Source: Candidatus Latescibacterota bacterium
Lineage (GTDB): Bacteria; Latescibacterota; UBA2968; UBA8231
Reading direction: 5' to 3'
Length of the DNA stretch: 64,000 bases
Assembly: GCA_965203175.1 (NCBI GenBank)
Contig: OZ241867.1
Location: 1,568,001-1,632,000 of the forward strand
Shown here: positions 34,883 to 43,356 of the stretch, piece by piece
Position numbering within the stretch: position 1 is the stretch's first letter
How the letters are laid out: every line of letters starts with the position of its first letter
Program-made: the position numbers and the translations under genes
The notes under the pieces: generated by a model
Seen by the model: the letters and a program-made list of their open reading frames with translations, nothing else
What the model was told of the DNA's origin: nothing
Database searches by the model: none

Positions 34883-35898
34883 GTTTCAGTCTCCTTAGTT
34901 GAGGGTTCGGAAGCCATGCCTGCGGTCAGTTTTTCGATCAGTACCAGACAGTTGCAAACGGTAGCCGCCCGAATAACGAGACGCTGCCCGACGCGATATG
35001 TGGTGTCGCCGGTGCGGTCGATGTAGTCGGCGTCAACTATGCCCTGCGCGTGTGCGAGGAGATGACGCTGCTGAAAATAACATGTGAGTGTGTCGAGTTC
35101 GGCAGAAGTGAGGTAATCGCTGTATCGTCTGCCTGTGACCGCATGCCAGAGGTTGCTGCCTTCGGTAAGGTTTTGGAAGGCGTGGCGGCGTGGCGGCGAA
35201 GAGGACGGATACCTCGCATACAACGCCTCCGCGTAGCGTTGGAAGGCCATAACAGCGTGTTGCAGTCCGTTTTCGACAAGCAGCCGCGCAGTCGTCTCGG
35301 AGATGTCCCGATCGGAAATAGCTGTACGGATGCTATCGAGCTCATCGAGCGCGTTGCGAATGCTGGTGATGGACTGGTTGAACATCAGATCTACTGCGTT
35401 GTGTCCGCAGACAGGACAAAAGAAGGCTGCACCAATGACTGCATAGCGGCATTCGCATTTAGAGCAGATGATCTTGATCTGCATTGATTCCGCTGCGGTC
35501 GGTAGCGGAATAGGACGAGGACGACTATTCACGTTCATCGTCATGGTGATCAAGCTATTGCGGGGTTGTCGGCGATTCCACCGATCGGCGTCGCGCTTCA
35601 TGGCACGGTCGATACGGCGCTCTATATGAGACAAGGCAACCCTCTCCGCATGCTCGCGCTGTTCCTGAGTCTGCCATGCGTTGGAATCAGCCGTATAGCC
35701 GCAGAATGGGCAAAAGACTTCTTCATCGCGCACCTTGTCGCTCCAGTCGTCCTCGTGGATTTTGAACGAGAACTGACACTCGGACGACGGACACTGGCGG
35801 TCGAAGTACCCATCAGCATCCGAGGGTAGGGTTACGGTTACTGATATCTCGTGCCTGCCATCGAGGCGGTGCAACTCGCGTAGCAATTCGTCAAACAT
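34879..35898 (-). CDS. Zn-finger protein with C-terminal HEPN-like domain (putative RNase effector)
   Basis: CPSSEC, CPFCG, CSKC, CPVCG; C-terminal FQN and RHLLAH (Rx4H). Confidence 0.6.
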   Translation of the reverse strand: MFDELLRELHRLDGRHEISVTVTLPSDADGYFDRQCPSSECQFSFKIHEDDWSDKVRDEEVFCPFCGYTADSNAWQTQEQREHAERVALSHIERRIDRAMKRDADRWNRRQPRNSLITMTMNVNSRPRPIPLPTAAESMQIKIICSKCECRYAVIGAAFFCPVCGHNAVDLMFNQSITSIRNALDELDSIRTAISDRDISETTARLLVENGLQHAVMAFQRYAEALYARYPSSSPPRRHAFQNLTEGSNLWHAVTGRRYSDYLTSAELDTLTCYFQQRHLLAHAQGIVDADYIDRTGDTTYRVGQRLVIRAATVCNCLVLIEKLTAGMASEPSTKETET

Positions 35899-35910
35899 CG
35901 AGTATCTCCA

Positions 35911-36783
35911 TCATCGCCTAAACCTCGGTTGCCAGGATTCTATCAGGGCTTCTTCTTCCTCAATCTCCTCGGGATCGGGCAGGTTGAGGGCAGTCAGGAC
36001 CGTAAGGGTTTTGCCGTATTTGCCAAGGCCAACTACTTCCTCAGTAATTTCGACGCTATGAGGTCCGTTAAACCAGTCCTGTAGATCGGACATGTCTTCG
36101 TCGTGGTCCGCGTCGCGGACACGATCCTCATCCTGATTAAAGGCAAATGTCTTGGTGTTTTTGGGGAGGGGATGGCGTTTGCGAATCCAGTCGAGGCCGT
36201 CCACTTCTTTCAGGGCATCAGACATGAAACAGTAGTCTATACGATCACCAATGCTTAGAACGATAGCTACGGGGTCACGGGTACATTGCGTATAACGGAT
36301 TGCGGTCGCGGTCCGGGAGGTCTGGCAAAGATCGGCTAAGAAGTCGATTGCAGCCAGTCCGTCGCCGGCGTCTCGCATGGCTTTGGTAAACAGGAAAGTC
36401 GGCATCAGGAGGCCTGCGGCAAAACGATCAGCTTCCATCTCGTAGCGGTCACCGGAAGTGAAATCAGCGCGTGATTGGTGGGAGCCGTTGACGAGTACGG
36501 CGTCGATATGGCCGGGCAGAAAGTAATGCCCGAGTTCGTGCGCGATACTGAAGTGCTGAAATCCGATGTTGTCAATATGGGTAGCATAAGCGATCCCGAA
36601 TTGGTCGCCGACACGCAGCAGCATACCGGAAACGCCAGGCACGCGGGTGGGTTTGGGGTAGACCTCGATGCCGAGACTTTGCGCCAAAGTGATTGGATCA
36701 ACGGGTAATGTGGTGATGCCGTGGTCCTTGACGACTTTCTCGCCGACGAGGGTGGCAAACCAGTAAGGATCGTTGTGGTTCAC
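35911..36783 (-). CDS. ImmA/IrrE-family Zn metallopeptidase
   Basis: FSIAHELGH, E.EADRFAAGLLMP. Confidence 0.9.
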   Translation of the reverse strand: MNHNDPYWFATLVGEKVVKDHGITTLPVDPITLAQSLGIEVYPKPTRVPGVSGMLLRVGDQFGIAYATHIDNIGFQHFSIAHELGHYFLPGHIDAVLVNGSHQSRADFTSGDRYEMEADRFAAGLLMPTFLFTKAMRDAGDGLAAIDFLADLCQTSRTATAIRYTQCTRDPVAIVLSIGDRIDYCFMSDALKEVDGLDWIRKRHPLPKNTKTFAFNQDEDRVRDADHDEDMSDLQDWFNGPHSVEITEEVVGLGKYGKTLTVLTALNLPDPEEIEEEEALIESWQPRFRR

Positions 36784-37136
36784 TCGTCGGACTTTCGCTT
36801 GGTAGCCCTTTTGGAGAGGAGTTTGAGGAAATCCTCGGCAATGTCGCGGTCTTCGCTCGTCAACAGGTCAAAATGACGGTACAGCCTGTCAGCACCGGCC
36901 AACGCATCGGTATCGGTGACGCGACCGAGTAGGTAATCCGTGGTGACGTCGAGGGCGTCCGCTAGGCGGCGGAGATTATCGAAGGATGGCTTGCGAGCTC
37001 CGGTCTCGAAATGAGAAATAGCAGAGGCTTGCATGCCTGAGCGTTTTGCCAGTTCGCCTTGGCTAAGGTCTCGCTTCTCTCGGGCAGCGCGAAGGCGCTC
37101 GGGAAATCTACCGGTAATTGGGGTTGACTCTTCCAT
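36780..37136 (-). CDS. XRE-family helix-turn-helix regulator
   Basis: LSQGELAKRSG...ISHFETG.RKPS...LADALDVTTDYLLG. Confidence 0.92.
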   Translation of the reverse strand: MEESTPITGRFPERLRAAREKRDLSQGELAKRSGMQASAISHFETGARKPSFDNLRRLADALDVTTDYLLGRVTDTDALAGADRLYRHFDLLTSEDRDIAEDFLKLLSKRATKRKSDE

Positions 37137-37261
37137 GCGGATTCCGTATAGTCTTCTATAGACGTATTCGTAAACACCATTTTGGCCTTTTTTTGGCCCT
37201 TGGTGTAGACGAATTATTCATAATATATATGACGGTAACGGCAAGCACAAGGAGGAAAACC

Positions 37262-37675
37262 ATGGCCGCCAAGAGTTACATCCTTAACTTTAAGGGATAC
37301 TGGCCCGAACCCAATATCGCTGGTCTGCCCGCTGAGTCTGGCATCTATTGTGTCTATGCGTGTACAAACCACCCCAACGAGGTTCGGATCCGGAAGCTTC
37401 TATACATCGGCGAGTCGGATAATATCTGTGAGCGTGTGAAGGGACACGAGCGTTGGGACGACTGGAGGAGCGAGCTGCAACTCGGCGAGGTGCTATGTTT
37501 CAATGCTGCGCTGATCAGTCCGAAGTCGGATCGGGAGCGGGCGGAGGCAGCGATGATCTACGAGCATAAGCCACCTTGCAACGTCGAGTACGTGAATCAC
37601 TTTCCGTTTGACACGACTTCGATCCAGACCACGGGCAAGACCTGCCTGCTGAAAGCCCGCTTCACGGTGCCCTAG
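37262..37675 (+). CDS. GIY-YIG nuclease family protein
   Basis: SGIYCV, LYIGES, R..H, E, PPCN; AGGAGG RBS before ATG 37262. Confidence 0.85.
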   Translation: MAAKSYILNFKGYWPEPNIAGLPAESGIYCVYACTNHPNEVRIRKLLYIGESDNICERVKGHERWDDWRSELQLGEVLCFNAALISPKSDRERAEAAMIYEHKPPCNVEYVNHFPFDTTSIQTTGKTCLLKARFTVP

Positions 37676-37883
37676 ACCATGCGGCAAGGGCTGGGCTCGA
37701 CGCTACTCGGAGGTGGGCGGTGGACAAAGCGATGAACCGGGAGTATTGCAGTGCCATCATTCCCAAGATGATTACGCGGATTAAAATGTTATAGGCCAAT
37801 CCGGGCACGCCAAGTAGCACGATGCTGCTATGTATTAGGCACAAGATGAATATGCCGAACACCGCGCTGACGACCGTGCCGAG
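37662..37883 (-). pseudogene. 3' fragment of a sugar ABC-transporter permease (RbsC-like)
   Basis: Reads LGTVVSAVFGIFILCLIHSSIVLLGVPGLAYNILIRVIILGMMALQ, like the permease C-terminus. It has no start and begins right after the upstream gene's stop. Confidence 0.5.
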
Positions 37884-37884
37884 A

Positions 37885-39126
37885 TCATCGCTCCAACACC
37901 GTCCCCTCCTCCACCAACCGCGCCATCATCTGAGCGAATTCAGGCGTGCCGTCGTCGTCCCAGTACTCGGTCTCAATGGGCGCGGCGTAGCTGTGTGGCA
38001 TCCCGCCCCGGGTCCAGTCGGGCCGGATCAGGAAATGGCGCGTCGTCAGGGGGTCGTATCTGTTGTACATGCGCGTCCCATTGGCGAATTGCGATTTGAC
38101 GATCCACGGCTTGATAGGCGGCAATTCCCGGCTCGCTAGCCGTTCCAACTCGTCGCGGTCCAAGGTCAAACCTAGGCCGGGTTTTTCCGGCACTCGAATG
38201 AGTCCGTTGACAGGCTCTAGGCGCTCGCTCACCACCTCGTCCTTGAGAATTTCGCTGCTGTCGACAAAGTGAAAGGTGGCGGAGGGAAAGGTCGCCATCA
38301 TGTGGCAGACCATGGCCCGGGTGATCGTGCCGCCCACGTTTTGCAACATGAACGGTATATTGCCAGCGGCGAACAAACCGGCGGCGCGGATTGCATCGCC
38401 AAATTTCTGGTGGCCGCGCATGTACACGTCTCCCGCCCCCATCAGCACCTCGTACGTGGCGTCCAGCGGCGCTTGATGGCGGACGATGGGCAGGGGAATG
38501 CGCCGGCGCAAGTCAATCGACGCCAAGGTGTCGCCGGCATTGATCGAATCTTCAAAGCAGCCGGCAATGGGATATTGGGCCAACTTAGCCAGCAGGTCCG
38601 GCATGTAGTCATCGGTGCCGCCGCCGGTGAAATCGTAGTGGATCTTGAACCCGGGCGGGGCCACGGCCTGCATGGCGTCGGTCTGATCGAAGACATTCTC
38701 AAAGGGCGACAGGTGGAACTTGAGCCAAGTGTAGCCTTGGGCGGCGTATTGTTCCACGGCCTCGGCCATGTGGCTGGGGGCGCTCGACACAGTCCAACTG
38801 CCCACCGGCACCCACGAGCGGTACTTCTGGCCGAAGAGCTTGTACACTGGCACGCCTACGGCTTGGCCCATCAAATCGTACATGGCCGTGCCCAGCCCGA
38901 TGGAGACTTCGTCTCCCATCCACTCGAAGGGGTTGCTACCCACATATTGGTCAATGACTTCCTGCGGCTCGGTGCGGCCGCTCTCGCCTAGGCCGATCAG
39001 ACCGGTATCGGTGTGGGCCACGTACACCGTGCGCCGGGTCACGCCTTGGTAGTGGCTGACCGGATAGGCGATCCAGTCTTGGTACTCTAGGCTGATTTCG
39101 TGTACTTCTATCTCAGTGACTTTCAC
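37885..39126 (-). CDS. Mandelate racemase/muconate lactonizing enzyme family protein
   Basis: HTDTGLIGLGE, YDLMGQ, PVYKLFG, PEKPGLGL; GTG start with AAGGAGG RBS. Confidence 0.85.
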   Translation of the reverse strand: MKVTEIEVHEISLEYQDWIAYPVSHYQGVTRRTVYVAHTDTGLIGLGESGRTEPQEVIDQYVGSNPFEWMGDEVSIGLGTAMYDLMGQAVGVPVYKLFGQKYRSWVPVGSWTVSSAPSHMAEAVEQYAAQGYTWLKFHLSPFENVFDQTDAMQAVAPPGFKIHYDFTGGGTDDYMPDLLAKLAQYPIAGCFEDSINAGDTLASIDLRRRIPLPIVRHQAPLDATYEVLMGAGDVYMRGHQKFGDAIRAAGLFAAGNIPFMLQNVGGTITRAMVCHMMATFPSATFHFVDSSEILKDEVVSERLEPVNGLIRVPEKPGLGLTLDRDELERLASRELPPIKPWIVKSQFANGTRMYNRYDPLTTRHFLIRPDWTRGGMPHSYAAPIETEYWDDDGTPEFAQMMARLVEEGTVLER

Positions 39127-39164
39127 GACGCCTCCTTATTGGTTTGGTCGTTAAAAACCGCAGA

Positions 39165-42100
39165 TCAGTTTTTGACTGCGAAGAGAATTTTGTAGAGCAC
39201 TGGCACGAACAGCAAGGTGATCACAGTGGCAAAAAGCAAGCCCACCATGATGGCCACCGCCATCGGCTCCCACATCAACCCACCGCCCAAATAGAGAGGA
39301 ATAAGCCCCAGCGTCGTCGTGCAAGTGGTCAGCAAGATGGGACGAAAACGCTGTTGAGCTGCGGCGACGATCGCCTCTAGGGGGTTTTCCCCGGATTGGT
39401 TCAATTCGATTTGTATGCGGTCTATGAGCACGATCGCATTGTTGATGATGATACCGGCCAGCGCAATCAATCCGAGAAAGGCGAAAAAACCAAAGAACGA
39501 GCGGAAGACGAGCAATCCGGCAATGACCCCGATCAGACCGAGCGGAATGGTGCTCAGCACGATAAAGGTCTTGCGGAAGGAGTTGAACTGGACAATCAAC
39601 AACGCCAGAATGATAAAACCGGACAGCGGCAGCTTGGCGACGACCGCGCTCATAGCCTCGCTGCTCTGCTCCGACTCGCCGCCCAACTCGTAGCGATAGC
39701 CCCGCTTCCACGATTCGCTGTCTTCTTCGAGCCAAGGGATGAACTCGTCGGTGATGTCCTGCGCCGTAAAACCGCTTTTGGCATCGCAGGTCACAGTTAA
39801 GGTGCGGTACAGGTCGCGCCGTTTGATCTTGGCGAGTTGCCACTGAGGCACGATCTGCGCCACTTGTCCCAGCGGCACGTTTTTGCCCGAACCTTGGGCG
39901 TAGATGTTGATGCTCTCCAGTTGGCGCACATCCACATCCTGACTGCTTTCGTTGCGCAGGACAATGGGGAGACTCTGGTCGCCCTCGCGGAAAGCTCCCG
40001 TATTGAACCCCGTGAGCGCGGTCTGCAACGAAAGGGCGATATCCTGGTTGGTCAGGCCGGCATTCCGGGTCTTGGACTGGTCGATGTCAACGACGACTTT
40101 TTTGATCTTGGGGCCCCAATTGTCGCCGATATTCTGCGCAGTGGATATTTCGTTGAGTTTTTGCTTGATGCGCTCGGCGAGACCGAACAGTTCGTTGGGA
40201 TCCGGCCCTGTTATCCGCACGGCCACGTCACTGCCGCCTCCGCCTCCCGCCAACCGCGAAACTCGTATTTCGGCATCTGGAAAGGAGCGGAAGCAAAAGG
40301 CATCCAGACGGTCAATTACCCACTGGTTGTCGTCGCCCGAACTGGTATTGAGCAACATATGGGCGTACCCCGAGTTGGCTTCGCCCGACTGATAACCCTG
40401 GTCGTAGGAGGGCGGCCCCTCGCTGACAAAGGTCGCCCAGTCCGTTACCCCGCGCTGGCGGTTTTTGCTCACCAAAAGGCTATCCGCGATATACGACTCG
40501 AGCCGTTCCACCCGGGCAGTCGTCGTCTCGATCTTGGTCCCTAAGGGCAAATTTAGATTTACCGTCAACAGATTGCGCTCGCTGTCGGGAAAGAAGATGA
40601 ACGGCAAAAAACCAAAGCCGAAAAGCGACAATACAAACAAACCAGCGATGATCCCCATAAATGAATAGGGGCGACCAAGGGCCTTGAGGAGTAGCTCTCT
40701 ATACTGGCTGTTGAGACGATCGATAAAAGTGCTTTTCTCGGACTGAGAGGTCTGCTGTTTCACCCGGATGAAAAACACCGCCAACAACGTGATCATGGTC
40801 AGGGAGAGCAACCAGGAAGAGAGCAGGGCTATGGTAATCACGCTGAACAGCGGCCCCATCATCTCGCCCATGATGGACGCGGCCAGAAAGAAGGACAAGA
40901 ACGCGGCTGAAGTGGTCAGCGAAGAGACTAGAAGCGGTACGGCTAGCTCCCGAGCCGATTCGATGGCCGCCTCTTTGGCGTCGGTGCCCTTTTCCATTTT
41001 GACCACAATCGCTTCGGACACCACGATGGCATTATCCACCAACATGCCCAGCGCCATGATCAGGGCCGCCAACGACACCTGATTGAGACCGATATCGAGC
41101 ACGCCCATGATGAAAAGGGTCGCGATAATGGTCATGGGAATGAGGCTGGCCACCACTAGGCCGGTGCGCAGTCCCAAAAAGATCAGCATGGACAACAGCA
41201 CGATAGCGACGCTTTGCAAGAGATTGTTGGTGAAATTGGCGACCGATTTCTCTACCTCAAAATCTTGGGAGGCCACTCTGTTGAAGGTTATTCCTATAGG
41301 TAGCCGCGCTTGGTAGAGGGCTACGAGTTGGTCAATTTCCTCACCCAACTTGATGATATTGGCCCCTTCGCTGAGCGCCACCGAGAGCGACAGCCCCGGC
41401 TGACCGTTGATTTTGACCAAGCGCTGCTGGGGCGTTTCATAGGCCCGCACGATGCGGGTTACATCGCCGAGGTACACGCTCCCGTCCTTGCCCACCGAGA
41501 TCAACGTCCTCCCCAGATCGTCTAGGTCGGCGTAACTGCCGGTCGGTTCGAGCACTAAGCGTTCATCCTCTAAGCTGACCTCGCCGCCAGAGAAAACGAT
41601 GTTAGTACTGGCGATGCTGTTCTTGATCTTCTGCGCCGAGAGGCCCAACTCGGCCAGCCGGGCGTCGTTGAATTGCAGGTATATCCGCTCCTCTTGGATG
41701 CCGCTTATTTTTACCTCGGCAGCGTCGGGTAGCTTGATGAGGTCGTCGCGCAGGTCTTTGGCGTAGGTCTCGAGTTCGGCAAAGGTGAAACCATCCCCTG
41801 TCAGGCCGATCACAATGCCGTACACCACCCCGATCCCATCGTCATTGACCTTGGGGCCGTAGATGCCCTCGGGCAGGTCCGAGCGGATGGTCTCAATTTT
41901 GCGGCGCAATCGGTCCCATACGGCTTGGAGTTCTTCTGGAGGTACTTCCTGTTTGAGTGCTACCGACACTACCGATAGCCCGGTCCGCGATTCACTAGTG
42001 ACAGTTTTCAGCTCGGGCAACTCTTGCGCGACTTCTTCAATCTTGCTGGTGATCAGGGCTTCGACTCGCTGGGGACCGGCACCGGGAAAGCTAGTCACCA

Positions 42101-42239
42101 CTGAGGCGACGCGGATCGTGTACGGGGGCATACTGTCGCGTGGCATCGTCTGATAGCCGACCAAGCCCAGCAGCACAACGACGATCAAGACCACGACGGT
42201 GACGCGGTTGTTTTCTAGGGCGATTTGGGTGAGGTTCAT
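39165..42239 (-). CDS. RND efflux transporter permease (AcrB/AcrD/AcrF family)
   Basis: 1024 aa; GMLVDNAIVV, RFRPILLT, two TM blocks. Confidence 0.95.
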   Translation of the reverse strand: MNLTQIALENNRVTVVVLIVVVLLGLVGYQTMPRDSMPPYTIRVASVVTSFPGAGPQRVEALITSKIEEVAQELPELKTVTSESRTGLSVVSVALKQEVPPEELQAVWDRLRRKIETIRSDLPEGIYGPKVNDDGIGVVYGIVIGLTGDGFTFAELETYAKDLRDDLIKLPDAAEVKISGIQEERIYLQFNDARLAELGLSAQKIKNSIASTNIVFSGGEVSLEDERLVLEPTGSYADLDDLGRTLISVGKDGSVYLGDVTRIVRAYETPQQRLVKINGQPGLSLSVALSEGANIIKLGEEIDQLVALYQARLPIGITFNRVASQDFEVEKSVANFTNNLLQSVAIVLLSMLIFLGLRTGLVVASLIPMTIIATLFIMGVLDIGLNQVSLAALIMALGMLVDNAIVVSEAIVVKMEKGTDAKEAAIESARELAVPLLVSSLTTSAAFLSFFLAASIMGEMMGPLFSVITIALLSSWLLSLTMITLLAVFFIRVKQQTSQSEKSTFIDRLNSQYRELLLKALGRPYSFMGIIAGLFVLSLFGFGFLPFIFFPDSERNLLTVNLNLPLGTKIETTTARVERLESYIADSLLVSKNRQRGVTDWATFVSEGPPSYDQGYQSGEANSGYAHMLLNTSSGDDNQWVIDRLDAFCFRSFPDAEIRVSRLAGGGGGSDVAVRITGPDPNELFGLAERIKQKLNEISTAQNIGDNWGPKIKKVVVDIDQSKTRNAGLTNQDIALSLQTALTGFNTGAFREGDQSLPIVLRNESSQDVDVRQLESINIYAQGSGKNVPLGQVAQIVPQWQLAKIKRRDLYRTLTVTCDAKSGFTAQDITDEFIPWLEEDSESWKRGYRYELGGESEQSSEAMSAVVAKLPLSGFIILALLIVQFNSFRKTFIVLSTIPLGLIGVIAGLLVFRSFFGFFAFLGLIALAGIIINNAIVLIDRIQIELNQSGENPLEAIVAAAQQRFRPILLTTCTTTLGLIPLYLGGGLMWEPMAVAIMVGLLFATVITLLFVPVLYKILFAVKN

Positions 42240-42246
42240 AGGCGTC

Positions 42247-43356
42247 TCACTCTTGCAAAAGGCGCACTTGCATCCCGTTCAAGAGCGATCTGAGGCCCGC
42301 GGTCGCGACCAACTCCCGGTCGGCGAGCCCCTCTTCCACGACAAAACCGTCTGCCAACAGTTTGCCGATGCGAATCGACCGACGATGGACCGTCCCCAAG
42401 CCCTTGGCGACCTCATCAATGACAAAGACATATTGGCCGTTGGCATCTTCCCCTACCGCTTTAACGGGCACCACGAGCGGATCCTCCGAAGGCTCGCCGG
42501 TGCCAAAGCGAAACTCCACCTCGCCGGCCATACCGGGCCGAATGGATGGGGAAGGAGCGTCGAGTTGCACAACGACCGGATACGTGCTAGAGGCGTCGAG
42601 CGCGTATGCTATCTCGCGCACTTGGGCGGCAAAATCTAGTCCGGGCAGAGCGGAAAAACGCACGCGCACTGGCTGTCCGGTCTGGATTTGGGCGATATAG
42701 CCCTCGGGCACCCCTACCTCCATTTCGATGTCCTCGCCCGCGCTCAACTCCACCAAGGGCGCGCCGGCTTGGATCACTTCGTTGACCTCGTTGTGGACTG
42801 CGGTGACTATGCCAGCGACAGGGGCGTATATCTCATTGTATCCTAGCTGGCGCTCCTGCAAATCCAAACTCTTCTGGGCCGATTCGTAACTGGATGTGGC
42901 CGAGGCAAAGCCGTTTTTGGCCTGTTCGTACTCGGCGAGGGAGACATTGTTGGCCTCGTAGAGCTGCCGCACGCGAATGAGCCTAGACTGGGCATTGGCC
43001 TTTTGCACGCGGGCATTTTCTAGCGCGGCCTTGGCCCGTTGATGCGCGAGAACTGCATCCCGGCTATCGAGCGCGGCAATGCGCTGACCCGCTCCGACTT
43101 GGTCGCCCACCTTTACGCTGATCGATTCGATAAGCCCACCCGTTCTGAAGCTGAGCTTGGCTTCGACGCCAGCTTTGGCAGTGCCGGCAAAACGCTGGCT
43201 CTGGACGGCACTGGCGGGACGGACTTCGGCGTATTTTACCGGGCGAATGGGTTCGGCGACCTGTGGTTCACCGCCGCAGCCAACCCACAGGCCCATCGCC
43301 GCCAGAAAAACCCCGGCAGCTTCGCAATTCCGCTTTGGCATGATACCTCGCTTCAT
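42247..43356 (-). CDS. RND efflux membrane fusion protein (periplasmic adaptor)
   Basis: Lipobox-like VGC; VKVGDQV..G; IYAPVAG; RPGM. Confidence 0.92.
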   Translation of the reverse strand: MKRGIMPKRNCEAAGVFLAAMGLWVGCGGEPQVAEPIRPVKYAEVRPASAVQSQRFAGTAKAGVEAKLSFRTGGLIESISVKVGDQVGAGQRIAALDSRDAVLAHQRAKAALENARVQKANAQSRLIRVRQLYEANNVSLAEYEQAKNGFASATSSYESAQKSLDLQERQLGYNEIYAPVAGIVTAVHNEVNEVIQAGAPLVELSAGEDIEMEVGVPEGYIAQIQTGQPVRVRFSALPGLDFAAQVREIAYALDASSTYPVVVQLDAPSPSIRPGMAGEVEFRFGTGEPSEDPLVVPVKAVGEDANGQYVFVIDEVAKGLGTVHRRSIRIGKLLADGFVVEEGLADRELVATAGLRSLLNGMQVRLLQE

